DNA of 63,998 nt, the filler included, from Conidiobolus incongruus B7586 (Eukaryota), in the NCBI GenBank assembly GCA_000697335.1. It is 18 parts of 18 records of this genome, joined end to end, with 100 filler letters (N's around TTAATTAATTAA, not from the genome) between each part and the next. Parts side by side here need not be neighbours in the genome. Positions count along the whole stretch, not along the records: positions 57,906 to 61,005 come from JNEM01000904.1; positions 61,106 to 63,998 come from JNEM01000906.1; 16 more parts are not named here. One strand, written 5' to 3'. Below the pieces are notes generated by a model. It saw only the letters and a program-made list of their open reading frames with translations. It was not told where the DNA came from and did not search any database. The position numbers and the translations under genes are program-made. Within the stretch, counting starts at the first letter, position 1; each line of letters begins with the position of its first letter. This document shows, piece after piece, positions 57,950 to 63,998 of this stretch.

Positions 57950-58238
57950 AGAAAAAAAATACCATATTTAATATTTTCTTTAGATTTTATTCTATATAAT
58001 AGTAATTATTTTAGATAATTAAAAAACTAGCTTAAAAGAAACAGAATTTCTATAGAAAAAATAAATTATTTTTCAAAATATCAAATTTTAATATTTAATA
58101 AAAAGATTATTTTTTAAATATTAAAACTTTACCAAAAATATATCAAAAAGTTATTAGAAATAAAAAAATTATTAATTTTATATTATATATTTATTTTTTG
58201 TCAACTATAAAAATTCCCATTATTTAAATTACAAAGTA
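57950..58238 (-). repeat. Dispersed ~300-bp repeat, copy 6
   Basis: aattaaaaaactagctta...aaaaagttattagaaata...aaattcccattatttaaattacaaagta. Confidence 0.8.
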
Positions 58239-59211
58239 ATATTACTTTTAATTTAGATATCCTTGGGTAAAATTTTTTTGGTGTTTAAAAGTTATTTTTG
58301 TTATTAATATTTAAAATTTTAAAAATCAAATTGATAGGCAAATGATTTATTTAAAAATTAATTATTATGAATTTTTCATAAACTAATATAATTGATGTTA
58401 TAATATTTTGATATCAATATTAGCATATTCAATTCTGTAAAATACATTCAAATATTAATTGGATTTTAATTGATAACTGAATTAAATAATCTAACTTAAT
58501 TTTTGTTGCCTAATTTATGCATAATTATTCAATTCACCATATATATATATGCTGAAAAAAATGTTATAAATGTATTTTTAATACTTGTTTTTGAATAATA
58601 ATATCTTTGAAAATAATTTAAAATTATAAATATATGCAAAAACAAAACGGTATTAAAAATTTAATTTTAAGCAATTATTAATAAGTAATAGTATTTATCA
58701 TTTAATATATAATTCATATAAAACCATCTGATTTATAAATTTCTAATTTAGTACATTAATTATTCATATTTTTTTGATTCAATTATAATTTTCAATTGAT
58801 AGGACTTGTAATAACATTATTTTCTACAAATTAGTCAAATTGAAAAATATATTTTTATTAAAATATTTATAAAAATTAATTAGAGAAATTTTTAAATAAT
58901 ATAAATAATATATTAACTTGAATCTATTCTAATATATTAATAATATATTTTTGATCAAATTTCCATTTAAATATATAAAATTATATTCAATACATTTTTT
59001 TTATATTAAATATAAAATATATAGATTTAAATAACAAATTAAGTAATCAAAATGTAAAAAAGATTAATTTGAATATAATAAAAACCAATAAAAATCTTTT
59101 TTATTTAACCCATAAATTTTATCTAAATTCTATCTATAAATTACTGATTCAGCAAATAAAAAACAAGTTTAATTTTAAAATTATTAACTATTATAAAATC
59201 AATAGTATTTA

Positions 59212-60092
59212 TTAGATACTTGCTGTCAAATTCTTCAACAATAAATTATCTTCATCAGTTTTAGGTAAATGATCCTTAACAAGTTGACTGATTTGTTTGA
59301 AGTTGGGGTGATTGGAATCCTTGACCAATTGGAATAAAATACTATCGCTGGTAGTAATAGTAGCACCGGCAGTGCGTAATCTCTTAAGTACAAAAAAAAA
59401 AATTAGTTTTGTGGTTATTAGTGGAAGAATTATTTGTGATATTACCTGGAGAGCTATGGGAGTTTCGTATTGGTTGCCTGAAGATACACCGTCTGCTAAA
59501 ATAAAAACGTCGATATCGCGTTCTAAGAGGTCGAGAGCGGTTTGGGTAATACAAACGTGAGCCTAGTAAAATATTATACAATTATCATATTATTGATTGG
59601 CTGGTAATTACCTCAATACCGAATAAAACAACGGATTTAGTATCGCCAAGTCGTTCGAGCACTTCGGGAGTGACCATTGAAAATAAAGTTTTGGTACTTA
59701 CGTGTATAGCTTGACTGATATCTAATGAGAAACTGGTTTGTCCAAAACCTAAATAATATTATTGGAACTTTGGTTTGATAATTTCAGTTTAAATTAATTA
59801 CATTTGGGATACTAAATACTAACATAAGTAATTTTAAAATTAAATATTTAAATTAAGGTTTACGTGTTCAGTAACTATAAGCGGTACATTTAAAATTTGG
59901 CTAGCTTTGAACTAATATCTCACATTAGGACTTATTAATTACCATTCCAATATCAATTACCATCTTATTAGCAATTTTCACTACACTATCGTAACCAAAT
60001 ACTATACTCTTAGAGTTTTCTTGAATATCGCATGAAAGGAAACAAGTACTGCTTAATTGTAATTGACTCACTCTACGAAATGCTTGACTCAT
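59212..60092 (-). CDS. Isochorismatase-domain cysteine hydrolase (ISOC1/ISOC2/YcaC-like), 6 exons
   Basis: Spliced product MSQAFRRV...STCFLSCDIQE...|FKASQILNVPLIVTEH|YPKC|FGQT...KTLFSMVTPEV...SVVLFGIE|AHVCITQTALDLLERDIDVFILADGVSS...|RLRTAGATITTSDSILFQLVKDSNHPNFKQIS; Asp-Lys-Cys triad intact. Confidence 0.95.
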
Positions 60093-63007
60093 TTTTAATT
60101 TCGTTTATATTAATCAATTAAAAAATTTTAAATTAAAAAATGATCTTAGTTAAAATGAAGTAATTTATAGATGATTGAAATTAAGATCAAATGACATCAC
60201 TCGATCATATTATTTTCAAAATAAATAATAATAAATTAAGTCATCATTTCGCAATTTTGAGTTTATAATTTGATATTAATTTTATTAAATTTTTTACTTA
60301 GAAATTTTAATTATATAATATAAAGTGAATTTGTTTAAAAAGTAACAAAAGTCTAAGTTTTGAATATTTTACAATGTATGGATTATTCCTATCTTAGACC
60401 TGAGCTCCTTTCACAATCAAATATATCAATTTGTATTACGATAACATTATTGACCATTTCAAATGTGACGGGGAATTGAGTTATCTAGCATAGTGAAGCC
60501 AAGTGTGATGCTTAAATATATAATATTTTGTCCCTCTATTTATTAACCTTTGATAATATGAATTCAATTATTGCTATATTAATATCCTTTGTATTTAAAT
60601 AAATTTCATTCTTTTGATGAATAATATTCAAATTAATATAAATAGTTTATTAATCTAATTACTATGTTTATACACAATATTACTAGAATTATATTGTAGT
60701 AATTACAATTGTTACCTTAAATAATTTTAATAGGTTGTATACAAATGTCAATTTAACAAATAAATATTTATAATTTATTTTATTAAGGATTTTGATCCAT
60801 AAAATTTGTAATGAATATCATAAACATTAATCATAAAATAAATTTATATTTATTATTTAATTTAATTAGCTAATAATTATGTTTTATTGTTATTAATAGT
60901 ATTCTTTAATTTTTTTAACTTTATAAATTATTTTTGAGACTATTTAATATTAAAAATTATATATTAAAATATTTCTATCATTTTTAATATATATACATAT
61001 TAAATNNNNNNNNNNNNNNNNNNNNNNNNNNNNNNNNNNNNNNNNNNNNTTAATTAATTAANNNNNNNNNNNNNNNNNNNNNNNNNNNNNNNNNNNNNNN
61101 NNNNNATTTATTTAAAAAAATTTATAAATATTATAAAATTTTATATATAATATAATATTCATTTAGTAACTAATATTATACTCTTAAATAAATTCAATAA
61201 CATAATACTTTAAATTATATCTTTTTAATATTAGTTATATTTCGAAAGTATTTAATATTTAACACAGTTTTATTTATTGTAGTATTTTCCAAATTTGAGG
61301 TAAATGATTAAATCTTTATATTTAAACTTTTACTACAATTTGAGTTTAGATATATTTTAATATACGATATTACATCATTTTATATTATGATATGTTATTT
61401 TCTTAGAGTTCAATTAGAATAATTTTTATGATTTAGATTATTATATTCTAGATTTAGTAATATAATATTTAATTAATATGTTTTAAACCGAAAGAGGTAA
61501 TTTTGTAAGAATTATATTAGAGTTAAAATGTTTGTTTATTTATATGTATATGACTATAATAAAATTATTTCAAAATAAAAGATAAATAATCGGTAGGTTA
61601 TCAAATATCAATGTCTACATTAACTAATAAGATGTTTGATCTTTTTCTAATTTATTTTAATCCATATAATAATTGATAGATGATATATGTATAATAAATA
61701 AATTATCAATTTAATAAAAAACTAACAAAGATTTAATTTTGTTTTTATGTTTTATGAATATCAATTCTACAATATTATATAAAAACTGTATATTATGAGA
61801 AAAAATTGCAAACATCGGTGTTTATTAAATCCTACTTTGAAATATCATTATAACGAATATTAAATCAATTTTTACAGAAGTTAGAATAATTATTATGATT
61901 ATTTAATTCTATATCTCTTTTCAATGCATACAACAATACATTTTAACAAAAAACTCTTTATAACTAACCTGTATTCAAAGATTCATATATGATTCAAACT
62001 ATGGCAATATTTCAATTTAAATATGATAGATATCGAATCACTCATTTAGCTCTGAAACTCAAACTATATAAATTAAACATACTAACTCAGAATCGAATAT
62101 TTTTATTTTTAGATATATTTACAAATTATTTATAAAATATTAGTTGATATAATATCAAATAATGCTACTCAATTATTAAAGTTTATTCCCAGAGTCTTAA
62201 TGATTGAAATTACACTTGGTATGCAATTTATGCTGTAGCTTGTAAATATACCTAAAAATTGATAAGTAATATAATAATGTAATATTTCAAGTTAATTAAT
62301 CTAAATATTCAAAATTATGTTGAAATTCAAATAATCAGATCTATTTTATAAATATTATTAAGTTGGAATAGAATACTTCGATATAAATATAATTGAAATT
62401 TGACTCATCAACATTTATAAAATAAATTATAAAAATAAAAATAATTATAAATGGTGAATAAATTATCAAAGATTACATAATAAGAAATTGCAATAATATG
62501 TGAACTTATTAGATAAAAAATCGTTCAATTCAAAGTATTAAATATGAATAAATATAATTTCATATATTTATATCCACTAATCTTTTACACATGATTTTGT
62601 CATTTTTAACTCCACCAATTTACAATTAACTATAAAATTTTTATAATATCATATCATCTAAAGTGTCAATTTCAATATTGACACTTAAATGTATATAATA
62701 AATCAATGAAATATAATAATACGGGTATATAATACTTATTAAATAAGGATTATCTAATATCCAGCAATGATTGAGCATATTTGATGAACATAGTTAATGA
62801 GTCATATGATAAAGCCATCAATGGAATGGATCTAGTAATGAAATCATTTTAAGTATTAAAGTCTCAATCTATATTAATTCAAGGTCATAATGAACTAATT
62901 TAATATATCTAAATTCCTTAATCTTTATTGTATTTGAAGTATATAAACCATCTAAATGGCTAAGAGTTTAAATATTTTTTTCAATATATAATAAAAATAT
63001 TTCAAAC

Positions 63008-63460
63008 ATGGCACAAGTTTTAAGTAATCAAGTCAAACATATTAATAAAACAAATCAAAGAAATACTGAAAGAGTTTCAAATTTGAAAGAGGGAAGTTAT
63101 GTTTTGATTAAAAATCAACCATATAAAATCATTTCAATTTATACCACTCAAACGAATTTAATTCAATTCACTTCTATTCATTCCTTCTCTGGAGAAAAGT
63201 TAATTGAATGGTTTCAAGGAACTGATGCTTTAGAAGTCCCTGAAGTTTCCTTTAAAAAATACACTTTAGAAGGTATTGAATCGAATAACTTGGTCTTAAA
63301 AGATGATCGAGGTATTACAAATGATCACATACCTTTTCCTAAAGGGATAAATGGCGAACAAATCCAAAAGGCACTGGAAACGAATCTTGGGAGTATTATT
63401 GTTAAAGCTGTCAAAATTTTGGGACAAGAAGGCTTTGATTCATTTCATATAAATAATTAA
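63008..63460 (+). CDS. Divergent eIF5A paralog lacking the hypusine loop, intronless
   Basis: 150-aa ORF collinear with eIF5A: SNLKEGSYVLIKNQPYKII (cf. SALRKNGFVVIKxRPCKIV), FSGEKL (FTGKKL), LEVPEVSFKKYTL (MEVPxVxRxEYQL), PKGINGEQIQ (PEGELGxxLQ), ILGQE (AMGEE). Confidence 0.88.
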   Translation: MAQVLSNQVKHINKTNQRNTERVSNLKEGSYVLIKNQPYKIISIYTTQTNLIQFTSIHSFSGEKLIEWFQGTDALEVPEVSFKKYTLEGIESNNLVLKDDRGITNDHIPFPKGINGEQIQKALETNLGSIIVKAVKILGQEGFDSFHINN

Positions 63461-63750
63461 TATATTAATATATTCTGAATTGTAAATTAGTTCTAGTTCA
63501 GTTTATAATTTTAAGTTAATAAAATTGATTGAATAAATAAATCATTTCGTATTACTTGAAAATTTAATTCAATATATATATATGCTTTTATTTTTAAATA
63601 TCAGAATTATTTTAAATTCATCATAACTACAAATAATTAAATTTTTTATTTTGTAAATAAATCAACAGATTATACATTATAATAAATTTTATTATGGTTT
63701 TTTATATAAGGTTTTGTAGATTTAATATAAGGTCATTAAAATCATATTAT

Positions 63751-63998
63751 TACTTTGTAATTTAAATAATGGGAATTCTTTATAATTAAAAAAATTAATA
63801 TTTTCATATATAATATATATACAAATAATATATAATATAAAATTAATATCTTTTTTATTATTAATAACTTTTTATTATATTTTTGACCAAATTTTAATAT
63901 CTAAAATAGAGTTTTTTTATCAGATTAAAATATAGTATTTTATAAATTAATTAAATTTTTTTGAAAAATATTTCAGTATTATAGGTTATTTCTTTAAT
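63751..63998 (+). repeat. Dispersed ~300-bp repeat, copy 7 (truncated by window end)
   Basis: Starts tactttgtaatttaaataatgggaatt, the exact reverse complement of the end of copy 6. Confidence 0.8.

Overview
Extremely AT-rich eukaryotic (fungal) DNA. The window is not one locus: it is 18 short contigs (about 2.9-3.8 kb, mostly decreasing in size) joined by 17 identical artificial 100-bp linkers (N44-TTAATTAATTAA-N44), so adjacency between contigs means nothing. Most contigs have one gene-bearing, slightly more GC-rich core with short GT-AG introns (about 45-70 nt). Spliced genes reconstructed by hand: phosphomannomutase (SEC53/PMM), a Rho2-like GTPase with 6-nt and 19-nt micro-exons, a small degenerate-RRM protein, Pol III subunit Rpc31, an FSH1 serine hydrolase and an isochorismatase-family hydrolase with a 10-nt micro-exon. 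Intronless genes: a secreted bacterial-like SMP-30/gluconolactonase, a 2-TM PPxY protein, a 7-TM protein and an eIF5A paralog whose hypusine loop is cleanly deleted. There are also several pseudogenes (sugar porter, rhodopsin-like GPCR, ElaA-type GNAT, small secreted protein), a ~300-bp dispersed repeat at seven contig ends and a GC-elevated non-coding island. The overall style suggests an early-diverging fungus such as Conidiobolus (Entomophthoromycotina); this is inference. The best candidate for new biology is the hypusine-less eIF5A paralog at 63008-63460.
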